DNA of 64,000 nt, taken from IMG/VR virus record IMGVR_UViG_3300044542_000416, positions 2,022-66,021 of that record; one strand, written 5' to 3'. A model generated the notes under the pieces. It worked only from the letters and a program-made list of their open reading frames with translations, searched no databases and was not told where the DNA came from. Below, piece after piece: positions 29,721 to 37,462 of this stretch. Each line of letters begins with the position of its first letter. Position 1 is the first letter of the stretch. The stretch is from a virus. The translations under genes were made by a program, and so were the position numbers.

Positions 29721-30059
29721 ATGTATGAGATATTTGAGCAGCTTTTACAAAGGCGCGGCATTACTGCATACAAGGTTGCTAAAGATACTGGACTAACACA
29801 AACACTTCTGAGTAATTGGAAAAATGGTAAAAGTATACCAAATACACAAAATCTTAAAAAAATAGCTGATTACTTTGGAGTTACGGTTGACTATTTAATG
29901 ACAGGAGAAGATAAGACGGAAACAAAAAATGACTTCTCAGAATTAGAGGGAGCCTATTTTAGCTTAGCTAAGGAAGCTCAGGAAAGCGGTATCGATCCTG
30001 ATGATATAAGAAAAATAATTGAAATAGTTAGGTCTGTGCGTGATAAAAAGGGGGAGTAA
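29721..30059 (+). CDS. XRE-family immunity repressor (ImmR/CI-like)
   Basis: TAYKVAKDTGL...LSNWKNG...KIADYFGVTVDYL. Confidence 0.92.
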   Translation: MYEIFEQLLQRRGITAYKVAKDTGLTQTLLSNWKNGKSIPNTQNLKKIADYFGVTVDYLMTGEDKTETKNDFSELEGAYFSLAKEAQESGIDPDDIRKIIEIVRSVRDKKGE

Positions 30060-30061
30060 TA

Positions 30062-30718
30062 TTGTCAAGTTACCTTACGAAAGCGGATTTATATAATTAT
30101 ATTGACTTGGTACGTATGAAAAACAATATTCACTTCTCTGTTTATCCTTTAAATGTAATAAAAGATTGCCTACAAATCGGAATTGAGGTTAAAAAAGAAT
30201 CATTTTCTACAAAAGGTCTACGTGGTATAGCTATTAAGGGGTCAGGGAAAGAAAAAGACATAATCGTTTTAAATCCAATAAGAAATCCTGAGGAGCAAAA
30301 TTTCGATTGCGGGCATGAATGTGTTCATTTATTCAAGCATCGAAATGAAAAGGTTACTTCTTTTCATTGTTTTGAAACAGTTTTACCACAGCAAAATAGT
30401 TTTTTAGAATGGCAGGCAAATGAGGGTTCTGCAGAATTGCTGGTACCGTATAAATTTTTTATACCAATGTTTTGTAAATATAGAGGGTATTGTAAAAATG
30501 CTACGGACTATATGGCGTTCAAAAATAAGTTGGCTGAAATCTTTAAAGTGCCCGTTGCTGTTATTACTCTAAGGATAGAAAATCTTAAATACGAAATATA
30601 TCAATACGAAAATGGTATAAGCTTAGATAACATAGAAATAAAATCTAATACACAATTAAAAAGAGAACGTATAAATATTGTATCTTACAATGCTATATAT
30701 GATTTTGTAGGCATTTAA
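30062..30718 (+). CDS. immA: ImmA/IrrE-family metallo-endopeptidase (anti-repressor)
   Basis: HECVH zinc motif, EWQANEGSAELLVP; next to repressor. Confidence 0.9.
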   Translation: MSSYLTKADLYNYIDLVRMKNNIHFSVYPLNVIKDCLQIGIEVKKESFSTKGLRGIAIKGSGKEKDIIVLNPIRNPEEQNFDCGHECVHLFKHRNEKVTSFHCFETVLPQQNSFLEWQANEGSAELLVPYKFFIPMFCKYRGYCKNATDYMAFKNKLAEIFKVPVAVITLRIENLKYEIYQYENGISLDNIEIKSNTQLKRERINIVSYNAIYDFVGI

Positions 30719-30727
30719 CCCGTACAT

Positions 30728-30833
30728 AGAAAAAATCCTCTCCTGCTACCGACAAGAGAGGAAATAAATACAGCGGTTAGGCTATATTTTCCATGACAAG
30801 AAAATTATAACACACTGGCCGCTTTTATTTCAA
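30728..30833 (-). ncRNA. Putative antisense RNA unit upstream of integrase
   Basis: Minus-strand TTGAAA-18-TATAAT with TG extension (30833-30804); TCCTCTC...GAGAGGA hairpin plus U-tract (30762-30730). Confidence 0.5.
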
Positions 30834-30863
30834 TACAAAAAAAATAAAGGAGGTCTTATTTAT

Positions 30864-31922
30864 ATGCCTGTTTATAAGGACGATACTCGAGGCACATGGT
30901 ATACAAGTTTTTATTATACTGACTGGCAAGGTAAAAGGAAGAAAAAGAAAAAAGAGGGATTTGCAAAAAAGAAGGACGCGCAAAAGTTTGAGCGTCAGTT
31001 TATAAGTCAACAAAAAGGTTCTTGCGATATGCTTTTTAAAGATATGGTTGCTCTTTATCTCGCTGACAAAAAGGTAAAGTTAAAAATAACAACCTACCTT
31101 GATAAGGAGTTTATTTTTTTAAATCGTCTTAATCCTGTTTTTGGCGACCGTCAGGTTAGCTCTATTACTTCAAACGATGTTAGATTATGGCATAATAGTT
31201 TACTTGAAAATAATAGCTATAAGCCTACATATTTAAGAAAACTAAATGCGCAGCTTTCAGCACTATTTAATTTTGCAGTTAAATATTATGGCCTACATCA
31301 AAACCCTGTTGCTCTGTGTGAGAATATCGGAAAGGGTACAGCTAATATAATGCAATTCTGGACCGTGGAAGACTTTAAGAAGTTTATGGCCTGTTTAAGA
31401 GATGACAAAGCGCTTAAAATTGCATTTGAAATACTGTTTTGGACTGGCCTGAGATGCGGTGAATTAATGGCCCTCACATGGTCTGATGTTGATATGTCAG
31501 GACACAAAATAAGTATAAATAAAACTCTGGCTCGCATTAAGGGCAAAGACGTTATACAAAGTCCAAAAACGCCAAAAAGTAATCGTCTTATTGGTATTCC
31601 GGAATTTTTATGTAATGATATGCTTAATTACAAAAAAAGCTTATACTGTATTACATCTGCGGATAGGGTTTGTACTGTAAGCAAATATGCTATGTATAGA
31701 GCTATAGCGTCTACAAGTAAGATTGCCGGCATTAAACCAATAAGGATACATGACTTACGACATTCGCATGCCTCCCTTCTCATTGAATTAGGTTTTTCGC
31801 CTTTAGCTATTTCTGAAAGATTAGGGCATGAGAAGATACAAACCACACTTGAAATATATGGTCATTTATATCCAAATAAGCAAGAAGAAATTGTTCAAAA
31901 ATTGCAAAACCTCGGTAAATAG
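30864..31922 (+). CDS. int: Tyrosine integrase with N-terminal arm-binding domain
   Basis: TGLRCGEL, HDLRHSHAS, LGHEKIQTTLEIYGH (R-H-R-H-Y). Confidence 0.97.
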   Translation: MPVYKDDTRGTWYTSFYYTDWQGKRKKKKKEGFAKKKDAQKFERQFISQQKGSCDMLFKDMVALYLADKKVKLKITTYLDKEFIFLNRLNPVFGDRQVSSITSNDVRLWHNSLLENNSYKPTYLRKLNAQLSALFNFAVKYYGLHQNPVALCENIGKGTANIMQFWTVEDFKKFMACLRDDKALKIAFEILFWTGLRCGELMALTWSDVDMSGHKISINKTLARIKGKDVIQSPKTPKSNRLIGIPEFLCNDMLNYKKSLYCITSADRVCTVSKYAMYRAIASTSKIAGIKPIRIHDLRHSHASLLIELGFSPLAISERLGHEKIQTTLEIYGHLYPNKQEEIVQKLQNLGK

Positions 31923-32126
31923 TACGATTTTAGTACACACAAACAAAAACAAGCCCCAGAACCATTGGTTTTGGGGCATTTCTTGTAAATTACAATTACT
32001 TAAGTGTTACCGATAGAATGTTTAACCTATTGATTTTCATTGATTTTCATTGATTTTATTAAACAGATTATTTGTATTTTGACGTTTAAAAAGGCGTTTA
32101 AAAAAATAATAGTACGGTTTTAGTAC
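31918..32126. other. attP-like recombination region (arm repeats, core, 10-bp tandem repeats)
   Basis: AATAGTACG(A/G)TTTTAGTAC at 31918-31936 and 32108-32126; candidate core TTACTTAAGTGTTAC 31996-32010; ATTGATTTTC x3 at 32029-32058. Confidence 0.75.
31945..31982. terminator. Terminator hairpin between integrase and att core
   Basis: GCCCCAGAACC-ATT-GGTTTTGGGGC with flanking A/T tracts. Confidence 0.7.
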
Positions 32127-32205
32127 GCTTATTTATAACGGTCAGTGTGTTAGGGGGCCTCTTTATTTGGCCCTAAAATTATTTAAAAATATTTCCATTA
32201 TTCTC

Positions 32206-32234
32206 TTGACATAGCACCGTATCGGTACTATAAT
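32206..32234 (+). promoter_or_regulatory. Consensus sigma-A promoter with palindromic operator, copy 1
   Basis: TTGACA-17-TATAAT; ATAGCACCG-TAT-CGGTACTAT at 32211-32231. Confidence 0.9.
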
Positions 32235-32286
32235 GTATTTAGAAGTTAAGAGAGAGCAAACTAGATAATAAAAGGAGCGATAAAAA

Positions 32287-32904
32287 ATGAAAACAATTAA
32301 AGAAGTCGAAAATGACGTATTAGGTATGGAAATTACAGAAAGCACAGCAGAGAAAAAAATTATTAGCGCTTTTAAAGGCTATAAATATTACGGAGAAACA
32401 GAAGCATATGTAAAGAAAAGTGCCAATGGAGATTGGGATTATGAAGCCTCTATAAACGAAGCAGGCGCCCCATCCTTATTTATAAGGGCTGAAAATGGTG
32501 TAATAACAGACACCTGTGTAGATTATCCTTGCGACTACGAAGAAAACAAAGAGGGGGCAGACATCGGAGAATTAGCTAATAATCTAAAAAATTTTATCGA
32601 CAAAAAGTATACAGGGGATGAAACACAACTTTTATATTTTGACAACGATATTATAAATCAAGACGGCATGCAAGAAACCGACTCTATTTTTGGATATTCC
32701 CTGTATGAGATGCTTAACCCGAGTCCATATTGGGATGGCTTTGGATACATGGTCAATTCCGACGAAGGCGTTAATGTATATTTTTCCAATATAAAAGTTG
32801 ATAATAAAATTATTGACTTTGAAAATAAGGAAGATGTAGCTTTCTTAGAAAATGCTGATGTAGACGATATTTATGTTACTATTAGTAAAACAGAAACCTT
32901 TTAA
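32287..32904 (+). CDS. Acidic hypothetical protein (candidate anti-defence/Acr)
   Basis: AAGGAG RBS; 205 aa, about 43 D/E vs 17 K/R by my count; function inferred from context only. Confidence 0.8.
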   Translation: MKTIKEVENDVLGMEITESTAEKKIISAFKGYKYYGETEAYVKKSANGDWDYEASINEAGAPSLFIRAENGVITDTCVDYPCDYEENKEGADIGELANNLKNFIDKKYTGDETQLLYFDNDIINQDGMQETDSIFGYSLYEMLNPSPYWDGFGYMVNSDEGVNVYFSNIKVDNKIIDFENKEDVAFLENADVDDIYVTISKTETF

Positions 32905-32954
32905 GATATTTGTAAGCTGTCCTATCGGCTACGGGGAGAAAGGGAGGCGGTAAT

Positions 32955-33122
32955 TTGACTATTAAAGAGCTTAGAGCCTTAACCGGCCTGAGCCAAGCAA
33001 AGTTTGGCGAAAAATATAAAATACCTCGCCGGACTATACAAAATTGGGAAGCAGATGTTAATACACCACCCCAATACGTTGTCGACTTGCTTGAAAGAGC
33101 AGTAAAAGAAGATACAAAATAA
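32955..33122 (+). CDS. Small XRE-type HTH regulator (Aca-like), 55 aa
   Basis: Missing from ORF track; GGGAGG RBS, TTG start, MTIKELRALTGLSQAKFGEKYKIPRRTIQNWEADVNTPPQYVVDLLERAVKEDTK. Confidence 0.88.
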   Translation: MTIKELRALTGLSQAKFGEKYKIPRRTIQNWEADVNTPPQYVVDLLERAVKEDTK

Positions 33123-33149
33123 AGGGCTTTTAGCTCTTTATTTTTTTTT
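33121..33149 (+). terminator. Intrinsic terminator after HTH gene
   Basis: AAAGGGCT-TTT-AGCTCTTT followed by T-run. Confidence 0.65.
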
Positions 33150-33168
33150 AAATATTTCTAATAGTCTA

Positions 33169-33197
33169 TTGACATAGCACCGATACGGTGCTATAAT
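33169..33197 (+). promoter_or_regulatory. Consensus sigma-A promoter with perfect palindromic operator, copy 2
   Basis: TTGACA-17-TATAAT; ATAGCACCG-ATA-CGGTGCTAT at 33174-33194. Confidence 0.9.
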
Positions 33198-33243
33198 GTA
33201 TTTAGAAGTTAAGAGAGAGGTAAACAACAAAGGAGAGATTAAA

Positions 33244-33645
33244 ATGACAAATATTAAAACTTTTGATGATGCTGTAAAAATAATGAAAGATTTCGGATTT
33301 GAATATGATACAGATAACAACGGAGAATTTACAATGTATCTTGAACTTAAATATAAAGATTTTAAAAATGATGATTTCCAAAGTGCTATTGGTCATGGAC
33401 GTGTAGCAATAACAGATAAAAAATATAATGCAAATAACAAAACTATAACTTTTAAAGCTCATATATGGGGAATACGAACTTTTATAGGAGAAGAACACTT
33501 TAATAAACTTTTGAGCAAAGGTCTTACCGGAGAGCAGGCTCTTGCAAAGATGATGCAAACTGTCCCTGTAAAAGAAACAGATATTTTAAGAATAAACAGA
33601 GCAAAAGCAGTTGAACTTCTTAAAGCTTTTAAAGCAAATATGTAA
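33244..33645 (+). CDS. Hypothetical protein, 133 aa (candidate anti-defence)
   Basis: AAGGAGAG RBS before ATG 33244; the ORF-track start lies inside the promoter. Confidence 0.8.
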   Translation: MTNIKTFDDAVKIMKDFGFEYDTDNNGEFTMYLELKYKDFKNDDFQSAIGHGRVAITDKKYNANNKTITFKAHIWGIRTFIGEEHFNKLLSKGLTGEQALAKMMQTVPVKETDILRINRAKAVELLKAFKANM

Positions 33646-33680
33646 TAAAGAAGGCCACAATTAAGCGGCCTTTTTCTTTA
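33646..33680. terminator. Bidirectional terminator between accessory gene and endolysin
   Basis: AAGGCC-ACAATTAAGC-GGCCTT with A/T tails. Confidence 0.7.
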
Positions 33681-34505
33681 TCTATTCATTTTGTCAAACA
33701 ACCTTTTAAGGAATACAACCATTTGCTCTCTTGTAGTAAAATTCTTGTACTGTTTATTGCCTTTTTCGTCACCGGCAATAATGCCGTTACTTTCGGCCCA
33801 TTCTCTGGCCTCTTTTGACCAGTCAGCCGGTTCCTCAGTTTTTAAACTTGATAAATAATTATTCATCATTTCATTGAATTGCGCTTGCGTCATCATATCG
33901 TCGTCATCCTCTTTTTCTTCAAAATCTTTATAGCAAATATCTAAATCAAAATTTCCATTGCTGCCGGATATATTCCCCTTTTCTGTATACTGCCACATTG
34001 TATCTTTTATACTGTCTGCGTTTCCCCATTGTGCGTTCCAAAAATAGCAGTTAAATGCGGACCTGTTTATAACCCTTGTAAGAACGCTCTTACTTGCGTA
34101 TATTCCGCATTTTAGCCCCTGCGACTGTATGTAATCCACAAATGTCTTGCAAAGTTTATTTATCAGAGACTTATCAGAATACAGGCTTATTCCATTTTTG
34201 CTTTTATACTCGTCTGCATCTTCCATGTCAAACCATACAGGCATGTCCAATTGTTTATCTTTAACAAGGCTATAAACGTATTTAGCCTCTTTTAGTGCGT
34301 CGTTTGCACATAAAGCATAGCTGTAATGATAAACGCCGACTTTAAGACCGGCCGCTTTTGCCTTTTTGTAATTTTCTTCAAACTTGTTATCTGCTGTATC
34401 TGTACCGTATGAGCTTCTTATAATAACAAACTTAAGCCCTGCCGCCTTAGCGGCGGCAAAGTCTACGGTACCATTGTGTTTACTTACATCAAAACCTTTA
34501 TACAT
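33678..34505 (-). CDS. Endolysin, GH25 muramidase with C-terminal SLH-like domain
   Basis: GFDVSKHNG, VGVYHYSY, WFDME, WQYT, DLD; WSKEAREWAESNGIIAG...TTREQMVVFL. Confidence 0.93.
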   Translation of the reverse strand: MYKGFDVSKHNGTVDFAAAKAAGLKFVIIRSSYGTDTADNKFEENYKKAKAAGLKVGVYHYSYALCANDALKEAKYVYSLVKDKQLDMPVWFDMEDADEYKSKNGISLYSDKSLINKLCKTFVDYIQSQGLKCGIYASKSVLTRVINRSAFNCYFWNAQWGNADSIKDTMWQYTEKGNISGSNGNFDLDICYKDFEEKEDDDDMMTQAQFNEMMNNYLSSLKTEEPADWSKEAREWAESNGIIAGDEKGNKQYKNFTTREQMVVFLKRLFDKMNR

Positions 34506-34516
34506 TTGTATCACCT

Positions 34517-34876
34517 TCAGTTATTTGTGTCATTTGTTCCCAAAACCGTACTGTTTTCTTCCTTTTTCGTATCAATTGTTCCCGAAACCGTATCGTTTGT
34601 GCTTTTTACGGTATCAACTGCGGCAGTAATCTTTTCAACTGTCTCTTTGATTTTATCAATAACAGCATTTATTTCAGCTGTGCTTCCGGTGCCTGCGGCG
34701 TCAATTTTAGCCTCAGCTCTTATATATGTAATAAGTGATACTGCCGAAATAACGGCACCGGATATTGTCTGTATAGTGCTGCTGTCTGCTCCCAAAGCTG
34801 TAGCAATACCAACCGCTACACCGGCTATGCAAGCCCATAACTTTCTTGATGATAACTTCTTAATAATTGTACTCAT
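34517..34876 (-). CDS. Holin
   Basis: KLSSRKLW plus two TM helices and YIRAEAKIDAA; upstream of endolysin. Confidence 0.82.
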   Translation of the reverse strand: MSTIIKKLSSRKLWACIAGVAVGIATALGADSSTIQTISGAVISAVSLITYIRAEAKIDAAGTGSTAEINAVIDKIKETVEKITAAVDTVKSTNDTVSGTIDTKKEENSTVLGTNDTNN

Positions 34877-35027
34877 ATAAAATTCCTCCTTAGCAATCAA
34901 TGTTTTGTTGACTTATTTTTGTTTGTGCTATCTTGGGGTAGGCTAAAAATCGTATTGATATCAAATCCCATAAATAATCACTCCTAACAATCAATATTTA
35001 ATTTACTGCTTTTATACTTGTATCTGG

Positions 35028-35252
35028 TTACCGTCTTTCTTCCTCGTCCCTGATTTCTTCTCTTAACTCGTCAAGTCTGCGGTCTGCCTGCTTCGCTGAT
35101 GCCTCAACCGCCACCATTCTGTCTTGAAGCTGATTGTGTTTGTCCATTTTCTTCTCAAGATATTTAAGCCTTGTACTGAAATTGCCATAAACACAGCCAA
35201 AAGAAACGGCATAAATGATTATCTGTATCCAAAATTGTATACTAAATTCCAA
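35028..35252 (-). CDS. Lysis-module membrane/coiled-coil protein (holin-associated)
   Basis: One TM helix, then LEKKMDKHN motif. Confidence 0.7.
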   Translation of the reverse strand: MEFSIQFWIQIIIYAVSFGCVYGNFSTRLKYLEKKMDKHNQLQDRMVAVEASAKQADRRLDELREEIRDEEERR

Positions 35253-35301
35253 GTCCTCACCTTCTTATAAAAATACCCCTGCCATTCGGCAAGAGTATAT
35301 A

Positions 35302-35439
35302 TTATTCTGCTGTTGTATAATCTGTACCGGTTATGTCTTTATATTCTGCTGATGTAAGGCTGCCGCTTAAAACAAATCTTGAAACATCATCTGTGCTGTA
35401 TATTCCTCTTTCGTAAAACCTTTTAACTATTTTGTACAT
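35302..35439 (-). CDS. xkdX: XkdX-family small protein
   Basis: Not in ORF track; MYKIVKRFYERGIYSTDDVSRFVLSGSLTSAEYKDITGTDYTTAE, GGAGG RBS. Confidence 0.88.
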   Translation of the reverse strand: MYKIVKRFYERGIYSTDDVSRFVLSGSLTSAEYKDITGTDYTTAE

Positions 35440-35453
35440 TATATATTCCTCCC

Positions 35454-35747
35454 TTAACTCTGCTGGTCTAAAAGTATCTGTGCCAAAACTTCATCGTGTT
35501 CGTTTTGCTTAATAATAATATTTTGCTGATTTAAAAGCGCTTCCGCCTGAAAAAGTTCATCGTCTGTTGGCTCTTTCACAGTATCTGTTACATCTTCCCA
35601 AGTACCGTTATTATATTTTTTGCCGAGAAGCGATGCATCATAGCTGTCAATCTGTATCATAGTATCCTTAGTTATTTCATTTGGTGTTTCAAGGACACTT
35701 GAACAAATATTATTGCTGTTTATTTCTGCATAAAACATTATTTTCAC
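35454..35747 (-). CDS. Tail fibre assembly / XkdW-like protein
   Basis: Between fibre and XkdX; SLLGKKYNNGTWE motif. Confidence 0.65.
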   Translation of the reverse strand: MKIMFYAEINSNNICSSVLETPNEITKDTMIQIDSYDASLLGKKYNNGTWEDVTDTVKEPTDDELFQAEALLNQQNIIIKQNEHDEVLAQILLDQQS

Positions 35748-35752
35748 ACTCC

Positions 35753-36928
35753 TTAATAATATTCAACAACTTCAAAACCAACAACTGTACTGTTTGCATT
35801 GTTACTATTTCTATAGGCTGTAATAGTTGTTGAATTTGTAAGTTCAACTCTTGCAAATTGGTCCGCATACTCTGGAACAACATTTCCCAAATAAGATATA
35901 ACCGATTTGCTTGTATCTACAGAAGAAATAGTCGCTGTAGCTGAATACACTCCAGCAAGACTTATTGTACCTCTTTGTATGCTCTTAATCACACTTATCT
36001 CCCCTCCTGTTAAAAGCGATTGAACCTGTGCTGCCACATTGTCGCCAGTAATTACAGGCTGCCATTCTCCCCATTTTGTACTATATACTCTCACGGCTAT
36101 AAGGTTACTGTAACTATGTGCCACCTGTACTCGACGTGTACTCGCTGACTGCACGCTGTAAAAATATTGTGTAACGAACACAAATGTATCATTAGGCATT
36201 AATGCATGAAGCTCTGGATTAACTGTGCTTGTAATAGCCGCAACTACAAGCTCATATGTTGTTGTATCCAAATTTGTATTTCCTCCAGGATCATATGCTG
36301 CAACTTTGCGAAAAGCTCCTAAATTATCTCTTGCTGCATTGGCTGCATTTGCTCCGGTACCTCCATTTTTCACCGGGATTACGTCTACATCCGTATAAAC
36401 TTTCTGCCAACTGCTCCAAGTCCCGGTATTGCCATCGTAGTTTCGTGTAGCCATTATGTTATTTAGGTAACCATGTGCCAATTGCATTCTGCTTCGGCTT
36501 GAGTCTGTTGCCAAATAAAAAATTTGTATTATATAAGCATAGCTTCCTCCAAGCAAAGCATATAGTTCAGCATGATTTGTAGAAGAAAGAGAAACAAGCA
36601 TAACACCGTCTGTAGAAGTATCCGCATAATCCACTGCTGTACTTGCTGCAGTTAATTTGCTTAAACCCAAAAGGTTTGCAAGCCCGTCTTTAGCCGTATT
36701 TGCCTCTGTTCCACCGCTTTTCACTGGAAGTACGCTATTATCTGCCGCCAATTTAGTAAGTACATTTGCACCTGTAAAATCACTTGCCGGAAGCGCTGCG
36801 TCTGCTTTACCAGCATTGGCTTTCATTTGTGTGTCTATTATGTCGGCATTGTTGTTGAAGTCATCTACATCATAAAAATCATCCTGAGCCGGTTTCTTTA
36901 AATTGTAATTCGTTGTATTTGTTGCCAT
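35753..36928 (-). CDS. Tail fibre protein with two knob-like repeats
   Basis: TTNYNLKKP N-terminus; two PVKxGGT.ANxA repeats, each followed by a W-x-x-W-ended domain; IKSIQRG tip. Confidence 0.88.
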   Translation of the reverse strand: MATNTTNYNLKKPAQDDFYDVDDFNNNADIIDTQMKANAGKADAALPASDFTGANVLTKLAADNSVLPVKSGGTEANTAKDGLANLLGLSKLTAASTAVDYADTSTDGVMLVSLSSTNHAELYALLGGSYAYIIQIFYLATDSSRSRMQLAHGYLNNIMATRNYDGNTGTWSSWQKVYTDVDVIPVKNGGTGANAANAARDNLGAFRKVAAYDPGGNTNLDTTTYELVVAAITSTVNPELHALMPNDTFVFVTQYFYSVQSASTRRVQVAHSYSNLIAVRVYSTKWGEWQPVITGDNVAAQVQSLLTGGEISVIKSIQRGTISLAGVYSATATISSVDTSKSVISYLGNVVPEYADQFARVELTNSTTITAYRNSNNANSTVVGFEVVEYY

Positions 36929-37462
36929 TTACATTGCCTCCTCTCTTAACTGCTGATGTGTATAAGCCGCCATCTCCACATGTGTCATTCCTGTAAATGT
37001 CTGGTGCTGATTGTACATAATGACAACCGATAAATATAAATCAAGCGGCAGGATTTCGTCCAGCCGCTCATTTACTGTGCTTCTCATTTTTTTGTTTATC
37101 AATGCCAGCTTAACAGTGCATGTTTGGTCGGCTATGCTTAAGTCGTAGCTGTAGCCGTCTTCTCCGCATAGGCTTGTAAGTATCTCGTTTACCCTCTTTT
37201 CAGTAAATGGAAGATGAGCATTATACTTTGTAAGTATTGCAAATTTACGCTCATCCAGTGTATCCGTATCCTTAGGTGTTATTTTAACAATGGCCTCATA
37301 CCGTTTTACACCGGCTTTATCGGCAGTCTTTACAAACTGTTCCGCCATAACTGTGTCAACGGCTTGTGACACATTTTCAAGTGCCGGATTTTCGGCCGCC
37401 GCCAAAGAGATAAACTCACGCACATTTTTAAGAACATCAGGAATATAGTTTTCAATTTCCAT
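36929..37462 (-). CDS. xkdU: Baseplate protein XkdU/DUF2313
   Basis: EQFVKTA...RYE...TLDERKFAI motif. Confidence 0.88.
   Translation of the reverse strand: MEIENYIPDVLKNVREFISLAAAENPALENVSQAVDTVMAEQFVKTADKAGVKRYEAIVKITPKDTDTLDERKFAILTKYNAHLPFTEKRVNEILTSLCGEDGYSYDLSIADQTCTVKLALINKKMRSTVNERLDEILPLDLYLSVVIMYNQHQTFTGMTHVEMAAYTHQQLREEAM

Larger units (their letters stand above)
1..32010 (-). mobile_element. Prophage 1 (temperate, contractile tail, HK97-type head), left part outside window
   Basis: Continuous order baseplate-tail-head-terminase-replication-immunity-integrase, ending at an att-like site at ~32.0 kb. Confidence 0.95.

Noticed and set aside
32029-32060. Tandem 10-bp repeats as a CRISPR array
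   Set aside because: No spacers and too short; lies inside the att arm
33196-33243. ORF-track N-terminal extension (MYLEVKREVNNKGEIK)
   Set aside because: Its ATG overlaps the -10 box; the RBS supports ATG 33244
35753-36928. Diversity-generating retroelement or invertible tail-fibre cassette
   Set aside because: No reverse transcriptase, no TR/VR pair with adenine-specific differences and no invertase seen; internal repeats are diverged protein domains
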